A program made the position numbers and the translations under genes. 64,000 bases of DNA from the IMG/VR virus record IMGVR_UViG_3300013233_000246, positions 1 through 64,000 of that record. One strand, 5' to 3'. The notes beneath the pieces were generated by a model. The model was not told where the DNA came from and ran no database searches. It saw only the letters and a list, made by a program, of their open reading frames with translations. This DNA is from a virus. Within the stretch, counting starts at the first letter, position 1; each line of letters starts with the position of its first letter. Below, one piece after another: positions 56,667-64,000 of the stretch.

Positions 56667-57818
56667 AATATTACAACAAACGACTACCAAAAAACCTTAT
56701 ATAGCAATTTGATGAATCTTGTTGAAGGAAATGAAGCGTTCTTCTTTAATGATTGGGAATTGGGTGGTAATTGGTACAGAAACTTCAATTATTGCTTGGC
56801 TTCATATACAGATTTCTGCGCTACGGACGCGCTAGAATGTCGTGGTATTATGTTTGAAATATCCGAAGGGGGGGGAAATGCTACAATGGTTCGTTTGGCA
56901 TCTATTGGATTTCCGAAGTTTTTCAATGCAGGCGAGAACCCATTTACCATGGATATAGATTTGTCCACTGTAGTTGAACTCGCAGATAAAGCAGATGGAA
57001 GTCTCATAACCACTTATATGGACGATGGTGTTCTACGAGTTAAGACAAAAGGTTCATTGACTTCCGACCAAGCAATAAATGCTAACGCATTTCTTCGTCT
57101 TGATGAAAACGCACAGTTCCGTGCCGAATTAATTAAAGGCGAACAATTGGGATTTACTATTATTTGTGAATGGGTATCGAGCGCTCATCGCATAGTACTC
57201 CCATATTTTAAGCCAGAACTGCGGGTTCTTGGTGTGCGTTCTCGAGAAGATGGGTCGTTTATTCATTTTGATGATATAGATTGCGAACATTTCCCTGAAA
57301 CGTTGGATCGTTGGACTAAGATAATTGAAACTGATGATACGGAAGCATATATTAAATCTGTTTCTGATATGCAACACATAGAAGGTGTGGTAGCTCGCTT
57401 ACCATCAGGTCAATATTTCAAAGTTAAAAGTTTGTGGTATCTCGCTCTCCATCGTACCAAAGATTCTATCACCATCCCACGTCGTTTATTTGAATGTGTG
57501 CTGGAAGAAGCATCCGACGACTTACGTACATTGTTCCATGATGATGAACTTGCTATCAAGATGATCGAAGACATGGAAGCATTTGTTGAACAGAAGTACA
57601 ATCACATGGTTGATTCTGTTGAACGTTTCTATGAACGCAACAAGCATATGGAACGCAAAGAATTTGCTATCCTTGGTCAAGAAGAACTGAACCGTATGTA
57701 CTTCGGGTTGGCTATGCAACGTTATGTAGGTAAGGACGTTGACTATAAAACTTTCTTGAAAGGTAAATGGAAACAACTTGGACTCACGGATGAGAAAACT
57801 GATTTTGAAAACGAGTAA
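56664..57818 (+). CDS. rnlA: RNA ligase 1 (RnlA)
   Basis: ALECRGIMF, KFFN.GE, KADGSL (motif I), KTKGS, EGVV, KVKS.WY..LH.TKD; start set at ATG 56664 because the ORF-track extension overlaps the GIY-YIG gene. Confidence 0.93.
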   Translation: MNITTNDYQKTLYSNLMNLVEGNEAFFFNDWELGGNWYRNFNYCLASYTDFCATDALECRGIMFEISEGGGNATMVRLASIGFPKFFNAGENPFTMDIDLSTVVELADKADGSLITTYMDDGVLRVKTKGSLTSDQAINANAFLRLDENAQFRAELIKGEQLGFTIICEWVSSAHRIVLPYFKPELRVLGVRSREDGSFIHFDDIDCEHFPETLDRWTKIIETDDTEAYIKSVSDMQHIEGVVARLPSGQYFKVKSLWYLALHRTKDSITIPRRLFECVLEEASDDLRTLFHDDELAIKMIEDMEAFVEQKYNHMVDSVERFYERNKHMERKEFAILGQEELNRMYFGLAMQRYVGKDVDYKTFLKGKWKQLGLTDEKTDFENE

Positions 57819-57824
57819 TAAATT

Positions 57825-58115
57825 ATGAGTATGTCAACATATGTTTACGGGATTGTTCCCGCCGATGAACACTTTAAGAAAATGAAAGACCTCTATGATA
57901 AGTGCAAAGAAATGGGTGTTAGTCAACCAAAAGAAGTCATGGACTTTTTTGGTGATGACGAGCCGCCCGATGATAGTGGACTTCTTGTTTGGATGGAAGA
58001 AGGACAAGACCTTGCGGTAGTTGAATATTTTAGTGATGGTCAATCTGGTTTTGAAATTGACATTGCAAAGCTTGATCCAAAGATTAAGAGGCTTCGCTTT
58101 GTAAATAGTTGGTGA
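57825..58115 (+). CDS. Hypothetical protein
   Basis: Compact ORF after rnlA. Confidence 0.65.
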   Translation: MSMSTYVYGIVPADEHFKKMKDLYDKCKEMGVSQPKEVMDFFGDDEPPDDSGLLVWMEEGQDLAVVEYFSDGQSGFEIDIAKLDPKIKRLRFVNSW

Positions 58116-58121
58116 TTTAAT

Positions 58122-58268
58122 ATGAATATGAAAGTAAAACTGCGTGCAGCAGATGAAACAATAATCGAATTGAAGCGTTCAAGACTAATGTGGAAAAACC
58201 TTGCAATTATTTTTGGTTGTGGTATAATCGCATTATCAGTAGTATTTTTTGGTAGGTATACATCATGA
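58122..58268 (+). CDS. Small membrane protein (48 aa), absent from the ORF track
   Basis: MNMKVK..LAIIFGCGIIALSVVFFG; fills the gap and overlaps the next gene by ATGA. Confidence 0.55.
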   Translation: MNMKVKLRAADETIIELKRSRLMWKNLAIIFGCGIIALSVVFFGRYTS

Positions 58269-58507
58269 GTAGAATAGTAGTGACAGTCAGTGGTTTTGCA
58301 AATACAGGTAAATCTACAATAGCATCTATAATTGTGGATGCACTGGCGAAACATGATATACGTTCATTGTATATCAATCCAGAAGGTGAACCCAAATTAC
58401 CAAATGAAGTATTGACCGCAGTTCGATTAGAAGCTCTTAAGGATAAAGGGTTACAAGTTATTGTTGATGAAAAACAAACACATAGAATGAGTATTAAAGA
58501 TGAATAA
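58265..58507 (+). CDS. Small P-loop-containing protein
   Basis: VTVSGFANTGKST. Confidence 0.6.
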   Translation: MSRIVVTVSGFANTGKSTIASIIVDALAKHDIRSLYINPEGEPKLPNEVLTAVRLEALKDKGLQVIVDEKQTHRMSIKDE

Positions 58508-58868
58508 ATTAATAGATGATTACTTTGCATTACAAAAGAAAGTACACGAAGCATTTGGTTATGTTGAAGATTGGGTTAAGATTCCAATGGAAGATTCCCG
58601 TGAATATTTTTGGTTTATAGAGGGTGATGACGATAACGGTGATGACGATAACGGTGAAGTTTTATTTGCTGAAACTAAGGAAGCCCTTGATGATATTGAT
58701 TCTGATGATATTGATTCTGGTGACTATTATTTAAATGAAATATACACACAGCGATTCCTTTCAAAATGGGTTTATCGTACTGAAGATTTTACTATGATAT
58801 GCGTTGACACGCATTGTGACGGAAACAAATATTTACAAATATTTGACAATGAAAAAGAAATAAAATAA
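58500..58868 (+). CDS. Hypothetical protein with two 15-bp tandem duplications
   Basis: GDDDN twice and DDIDS twice; VDTHCDGNKYLQIFD. Confidence 0.65.
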   Translation: MNKLIDDYFALQKKVHEAFGYVEDWVKIPMEDSREYFWFIEGDDDNGDDDNGEVLFAETKEALDDIDSDDIDSGDYYLNEIYTQRFLSKWVYRTEDFTMICVDTHCDGNKYLQIFDNEKEIK

Positions 58869-58877
58869 ATAAAATAA

Positions 58878-59876
58878 ATGAACAGAATAATCACACGTGC
58901 ACTAATGCGTCACCACAATGATTTCTTTAAGATGTCAGAAGATGAACAGGACGCATTCAAATTGCAAGATCATGACGAGCTTGATGAAAAAATTTCTGAG
59001 TTTGTGAACGAAGAAATTGGTTTTGATGAAAAGAAGGATGAATATAATCATAAGAAACTTCTTGAGCGCAATAAAATTATGTTGCATTATCTGGGTATAG
59101 GGTCAAATTATTTCATGCTCAATGAATTTGGTTGGCGTGAAGAAGTCCTCAAATATAAAAACTTCTACGAATATAATGAAGCTAATCACATCTTCCAAGA
59201 AACTTCTTGGGCTGAAGAGTCTTCAGACTATAAACAAAAAGAATTATTTAATAGACTTTCTGAATGGGCACGCGTAGAAATCGACGGAAAGTTTAATTAT
59301 CTTAACATCAACAGTTATCAAATTTGGATTTACTATGCCATAGAAGAATTTGAGATGGATTGGATTGATGATCATATCCCCAATGAATATGTACCTGGGC
59401 CAAATAATGGTAAGAAAGCAAAAGGTGGAACTATTTGGGATATGCGTCCTGATGCCCAAGGCAAAGAAGGTTGGCTTGAACAGATGAGAGACTTTTCACG
59501 TAAATGGATTAGTGCATGGTATGATAAAGCCATCTATGAACATAAATGGAATGTAGTATTCATCAACGATACATCTGGTAAAGATTTTGATGGCGACCCA
59601 AACAAAGAATACATTTTTGGTTCCTTGGATATTCTAAAGAACGTTGGGTTTAAGACTTTCGTGGATGATTGTGAAAAATTGAAAGGTGATTCTGAGTTGG
59701 CATATCAATATAGAGATGGAATCATAAAAGAATTGCGAATCGCTCTCGAAGAAAAGTTCATTGAAGTGCAGAAGACTCCACCCAATGTAGTTAAGCTGCG
59801 TAAAAAAATGAAAGTATCTGTGGCTGATGGTGCATTTGATAGTTTAATAGACACTGGTGATGAAGATGGGGATTAG
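58878..59876 (+). CDS. Hypothetical protein
   Basis: 332-aa ORF with phage-like composition. Confidence 0.7.
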   Translation: MNRIITRALMRHHNDFFKMSEDEQDAFKLQDHDELDEKISEFVNEEIGFDEKKDEYNHKKLLERNKIMLHYLGIGSNYFMLNEFGWREEVLKYKNFYEYNEANHIFQETSWAEESSDYKQKELFNRLSEWARVEIDGKFNYLNINSYQIWIYYAIEEFEMDWIDDHIPNEYVPGPNNGKKAKGGTIWDMRPDAQGKEGWLEQMRDFSRKWISAWYDKAIYEHKWNVVFINDTSGKDFDGDPNKEYIFGSLDILKNVGFKTFVDDCEKLKGDSELAYQYRDGIIKELRIALEEKFIEVQKTPPNVVKLRKKMKVSVADGAFDSLIDTGDEDGD

Positions 59877-60584
59877 GATTAATCGTGTATTGGATTATGG
59901 TTTAACCAATGTTGTGGCAAATAAGGAACGCTGGATTACGGCGATGATCCGCGTTTCAATAAAAATAGTTATCTATTCAATGAATTTGATGAAAAGTATT
60001 CTATTGGGGGCTTCATTGAATATTTGCAGGCACAATTGGAGAAACTCGATGAAGGTGACACGCCTCGTTTTGATTTGCGACTTCTTATACGTGAATTAGA
60101 AGACGAGGAAACAAAATACGACTTCTATAATTCGCTTGTATATGATATGGAAATGGGACTCGACAATGTTATGTGTTTTGTCCCACCGTCACAGGTTCGT
60201 GTATGGCACCGATATGACGATACTATTGATTATTATGATCCTACAAATCGTTCAGAAGATGGTGGCATGCGGACTTTCATCATGGTAGATAGCGCTTTAT
60301 ATCCATATGACTCATATACAAATATTAAAAAAATACCACCTACTACTTTGACTGGTGTTCAACTTTCACATTATTATTCGTTAAAAAATCATGGATTTGA
60401 TAGGCTGGTTGATCCAGAATCGGCATTTAAACACCTTGGGGTTGATAATCTTAATGAATTGAAAAATATGATAATCCCAACAATACCATTAGAACTTGTT
60501 GAATTGTTAAAATATCTTGAGATTTTTGTTGATGAAAGTTGGATTTATCAACTAAGACCCATGATTTACGGTTATTGGGCATAG
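59866..60584 (+). pseudogene. Hypothetical protein apparently broken by a frameshift near 59925-59945
   Basis: MGIRINRVLDYGL.. continues in the -1 frame as DDPRFNKNSYLF..YLQAQLEK..; that frame is open from 59925. Confidence 0.55.
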
Positions 60585-60614
60585 ATTCTTTTTGCTTAGT
60601 TCATTGCAAACTCT

Positions 60615-60622
60615 TATAAATA
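60615..60622 (+). promoter_or_regulatory. Late promoter TATAAATA
   Basis: Perfect consensus before the terminal operon. Confidence 0.75.
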
Positions 60623-60653
60623 CAAGGAAATATGTATAATACGGAGTTCATAG

Positions 60654-61847
60654 ATGAAACCTTTAAATAAATTACGTATAAACGCTGGTCTTCCAATGGA
60701 TCTTACCATTGAAACTGCACCAGATGTTGAAGGTAAGCAAATCACAGAAGCACGCGAAGCCCCAAGAATGTCCCGTGACTTAGCCACAACGGATAAGCGC
60801 AGTCTTGGTTCAAAAGTACGTGGTGTTGAACGTGCGATGGATCACATCAGACAGGCAATTGGTGTTTTAGAAAAAATCCCCGCAACTGATTATAGTGGTG
60901 AAATCCCTCACTTTATAAGCGAGCTTGAAGATTTGTTGGATGGTGATACCCGTAGTGGTATGACTGGTTATCTTGATACTATATCTGGCGAGCGCGATAA
61001 TTTTGGCAAAGAACCAGAACTAGAAGCAGATCCTGAAGAAATGGATGCGGACATGGAAATGTCGGATGATCCAGAGATGGCTGTTGATGATGAAATGGGT
61101 GCAATGGATGATATGCCACCAGAAGAAGATGAAGTTATGCCCGAAGCTGATGATTTCATGAAAAATCTTACACCAAAGCAACAAGAACAACTAGCAGCTG
61201 CTATTGCCACGCTTAGTATTCTTACCAATGGAAGCATGATTAAAGAAACTATGATGCGCGTTGCTAAGATAACAGGCAAAACTCTTGAAGAAGCGGCTGG
61301 TTATTATAATGTGAATTATGATAGTTGGGAAGATTCTTCGCGACCTGTTAATGTTTCCAATGGTTCTGCAAATGATGAACAAGTAATGGATACTATGTCT
61401 GATCCTAAGAAAGAAGGTCCAGAACAAACAAAAACAATGGATCAGCAAGATAATTCACCTGTTGATAAATCTGGAGATGACTTATCTAACACAATCAAAA
61501 TTCCTAAATATGTAACAAAGGGTTTGAAAGATGCTATTGCAGACTTTCGTAAATCTGAAAAGGATGAACAAAAACGAAACAAAGGATTTGCAAAAGACGC
61601 AGAATACCTTTATAGGGATTCTGCCCGTGCGTTTGAAGAATTATTGGAATTGCTCAATGGTAGTGTTTACGATTTTAAGCTTGCTCAAGTTAAAATGTCA
61701 TCTTTGATGGGACCTATGCTTCATAAGATTCCACCCAAAATAGTTAAATTTATTGCATCCGGCGGTGAACCACAATCATTGAAAAGTTATATGACTGAGG
61801 TACCTAAGAAGTACCCAATCACTGGACCACGGAATACAATGAAATGA
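60654..61847 (+). CDS. Probable prohead core/internal head protein
   Basis: N-terminal LNKLRINAGL like the gp22 C-terminus; ITE/IKE/LEE candidate protease sites; M/D-rich linker. Confidence 0.6.
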   Translation: MKPLNKLRINAGLPMDLTIETAPDVEGKQITEAREAPRMSRDLATTDKRSLGSKVRGVERAMDHIRQAIGVLEKIPATDYSGEIPHFISELEDLLDGDTRSGMTGYLDTISGERDNFGKEPELEADPEEMDADMEMSDDPEMAVDDEMGAMDDMPPEEDEVMPEADDFMKNLTPKQQEQLAAAIATLSILTNGSMIKETMMRVAKITGKTLEEAAGYYNVNYDSWEDSSRPVNVSNGSANDEQVMDTMSDPKKEGPEQTKTMDQQDNSPVDKSGDDLSNTIKIPKYVTKGLKDAIADFRKSEKDEQKRNKGFAKDAEYLYRDSARAFEELLELLNGSVYDFKLAQVKMSSLMGPMLHKIPPKIVKFIASGGEPQSLKSYMTEVPKKYPITGPRNTMK

Positions 61848-62314
61848 AAGTAAAAGATATTATAAGTGAAACATTCGGACAAGGATTCTCCAGTGGCGAA
61901 GACAATGGGTATGGTGAAAACTATGCTTCCGAAATGGAACAGGAAACTATTAATTCAGAAATGGCTGCCGATTATAAAAAGGATAGGACGCCTGTAAGTG
62001 AATTTGATATTGAAGAAATAAAACGTTTGGTCAGCCCTGCTGCTAGAAACAGCCGGGATGTTAAAAAGCAAGTTGATGGTGTTATTGCCGACTGGCAAGA
62101 AATGATGGATGAAGATTCATATATAGAAGATGATCTTTTCAATAAAACATATGCACAGTATAAAGCATTAAAAGATTCCAAAGATGAACCACTTATTAAA
62201 TTTAATAAAATGCACGCAATAACAAAGGAAGTTAAGGATGCCGCAGATAAATTTGAAGAATATTCAAATAGTGATAAAGCGGATCAGTGGAAAGACGAAA
62301 AAGGTTATTTCTAA
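61844..62314 (+). CDS. Putative internal head protein
   Basis: Leader MKVKDIISE; ATGA coupling. Confidence 0.65.
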   Translation: MKVKDIISETFGQGFSSGEDNGYGENYASEMEQETINSEMAADYKKDRTPVSEFDIEEIKRLVSPAARNSRDVKKQVDGVIADWQEMMDEDSYIEDDLFNKTYAQYKALKDSKDEPLIKFNKMHAITKEVKDAADKFEEYSNSDKADQWKDEKGYF

Positions 62315-62319
62315 AAATA

Positions 62320-62508
62320 ATGAAACTTAAAGAAGTGGCAAATAAGCCACTACAATATGGTGACCGAGTGGTACATGTGGACGAAGATTCAAAGTACGCA
62401 GGTCTTATTGGAAAGATAGTGGAAATGAACCCTTCTATGGCGATGGTAAAATGGGAATTTCAAAATAAGCCAATAGCAATGACATTAAATGGATTGAAAC
62501 GAGCATGA
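62320..62508 (+). CDS. Small SH3/KOW-like putative internal head protein
   Basis: Leader MKLKEV; GDRV..G..GKIVE..VKWE. Confidence 0.6.
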   Translation: MKLKEVANKPLQYGDRVVHVDEDSKYAGLIGKIVEMNPSMAMVKWEFQNKPIAMTLNGLKRA

Positions 62509-63125
62509 AAGTAAAGGACATAGTAGAAGGTAGGCATCCGCACGATCAATATTATCGTCCAAAGCCAAAAAGCCAATTTAAAACTAAGCCCCGCCCAAAG
62601 AAAACCCTCCATTATACGAAGGATATGTTTGATAATTGGGCAACTGACATTCGTACGCGATTTTCTGATGCTACTGCGTATTACGACGAAGAAAATGAAG
62701 AGGTTATAGCAACTTCACCCGATAAGAAACACACATATGGTAAATGGTCTAAGAATCGTAAAGGGGATTACAAAGGCGTATCCTTTTACAATAAAAGACC
62801 ATTAAACACTGTTACGCGTTCAAAGCGGTTGACACCAACAGCAGAAGGATTGGATGTGAAAATATTAAAAGATTTGTTATTTGAAAATGAAACGGTAGAA
62901 GATCTTCCTGATGATTTAGTTAATCAACTAGAACAGCGGGCACAGGATGAAAGGTCGGCAGGCGGATCTGTTGAAATTAATTATGGTTTGCCTTATGTTG
63001 CCGTAACCATGTCAGATGGCGCAGAATATTTTTTCCAGGGTGAAGAAGCTGATGATTTGTTGTCGGAAGTACCAGACAACATACACCCAGAAGATTTTAT
63101 ATTGATGATAGCACAGAATTGGTAA
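62505..63125 (+). CDS. Putative internal head (poly)protein with two leaders
   Basis: MKVKDIVE and internal VKILKDLLFE. Confidence 0.65.
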   Translation: MKVKDIVEGRHPHDQYYRPKPKSQFKTKPRPKKTLHYTKDMFDNWATDIRTRFSDATAYYDEENEEVIATSPDKKHTYGKWSKNRKGDYKGVSFYNKRPLNTVTRSKRLTPTAEGLDVKILKDLLFENETVEDLPDDLVNQLEQRAQDERSAGGSVEINYGLPYVAVTMSDGAEYFFQGEEADDLLSEVPDNIHPEDFILMIAQNW

Positions 63126-63131
63126 TATGAT

Positions 63132-63557
63132 ATGAAAATGATACAAGCTTTATTAGAAATGTCACAACAAAATATAGTTCTTAGAACTAATGATATTGAT
63201 GAATATAATGCCTTTATTGATAAGGCATCAAGACCAGACAACGATTACCATTATGAAGAAGTCCCAGACAAAAATGGTACTGGTCTTTATGATATTATCG
63301 TAGAAGTATTTGATTATGCGAGATCACCTCAAACTAGACACGATCCAGAAAGTGTTGATATAGATTGGGATGTAGTATATTATGGTTCTGGGGATTTTGA
63401 TAATGAACGCGATTTTTATATTGTCAAAGGGAGTATAGAATTGCCAGATAACGTAGAACAAGATATTGAACAACGTCTTATGGAAGATCAGGATGATCAA
63501 AAAGCTAACGAATATGATGATCGTGGTGATTACGAATACGATAGGAATATGAATTAA
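63132..63557 (+). CDS. Putative internal head protein
   Basis: Leader MKMIQALLE; acidic. Confidence 0.62.
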   Translation: MKMIQALLEMSQQNIVLRTNDIDEYNAFIDKASRPDNDYHYEEVPDKNGTGLYDIIVEVFDYARSPQTRHDPESVDIDWDVVYYGSGDFDNERDFYIVKGSIELPDNVEQDIEQRLMEDQDDQKANEYDDRGDYEYDRNMN

Positions 63558-63559
63558 TT

Positions 63560-64000
63560 GTGAAAGTTAATGATATTCTTTGCGAAGCCAATCGTAACAA
63601 AATAATTTTAGTAGACTTTCAACCAGTATATCTAAATGGTGGTTATGGTCACGACGAAGCCCTAGAAAATGTAATAGAATCCCTCAATAAAATGAACCCT
63701 ACGGATATTTTAGTATTTTATAATGGCGAAGAAGTTAGTATTGAAGATACATCTGATGAAGTTTTACAAATGTACATTGAACGTGGTTTAGATGAAAACA
63801 TCGCAAGTAATATGAAATTTCGTGAAAAGTCTTATGCATGGCTTCGTAATTTTATGGACGCTGGTATGGACGCTTCGTTGATAATTGCTATAATAAGATA
63901 CATGGCAATGAACAGAATAAATGATTCGCGAGATATAGATCCAGAAACGATGTCTAGTATAATAGGTAAAGAAAACTACGAAGAATGGGAAGATCTTATT
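63560..64000 (+). CDS. Isochorismatase-like fold protein, 3'-truncated by the window edge
   Basis: GTG start, (M)KVNDILCE leader, IILVDFQPVY, FYNG, FREKSYAWLR; open to the window end. Confidence 0.55.
   Translation, partial: MKVNDILCEANRNKIILVDFQPVYLNGGYGHDEALENVIESLNKMNPTDILVFYNGEEVSIEDTSDEVLQMYIERGLDENIASNMKFREKSYAWLRNFMDAGMDASLIIAIIRYMAMNRINDSRDIDPETMSSIIGKENYEEWEDLI

Noticed and set aside
1-64000. CRISPR arrays, tRNA and rRNA genes
   Set aside because: Intergenic gaps are short and explained by promoters and terminators; no repeat-spacer pattern or T-loop motif was seen by eye. A tRNAscan run would confirm.

Overview
This window is an AT-rich, densely coding piece of a large T4-like myophage (jumbo-type) genome in the standard genetic code. 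From left to right it holds: (1) a head module (two gp67-like core proteins, gp21 protease, gp22 scaffold, gp23 capsid) bracketed by two nuclease-GNAT fusion genes; (2) neck, tail and packaging genes (enlarged gp13 and gp14, gp15, gp18, gp19, a gp48/54-like gene, gp4, gp16, a degenerate TerL-ATPase paralog, gp17); (3) an HD-Pnk gene, a small inverted island, and about 21 kb of modular fibre/adhesin genes containing an M15 endolysin; (4) gp32 and uvsX; (5) an RNA-repair/nucleotide cluster (Pol-beta nucleotidyltransferase split by a homing endonuclease, metallophosphoesterase, AAA ATPase with an in-frame stop, HAD nucleotidase, 2H phosphoesterase, GIY-YIG, RNA ligase 1); (6) a late operon of proteins sharing a capsid-targeting-like N-terminal leader. 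T4-type late promoters (NATAAATA) and four sigma70-type promoters are visible. The most notable signals are a family of putative capsid-packaged cargo proteins marked by a shared leader, a split nucleotidyltransferase whose halves carry extra terminal extensions, a catalytically dead terminase paralog, interlocked face-to-face promoters at the GIY-YIG/rnlA junction, a pseudoknot in the gp32 leader, and several apparently leaderless genes. All protein calls come from motif recognition by eye; no database searches were run. No tRNA, CRISPR array or reverse transcriptase was recognised.
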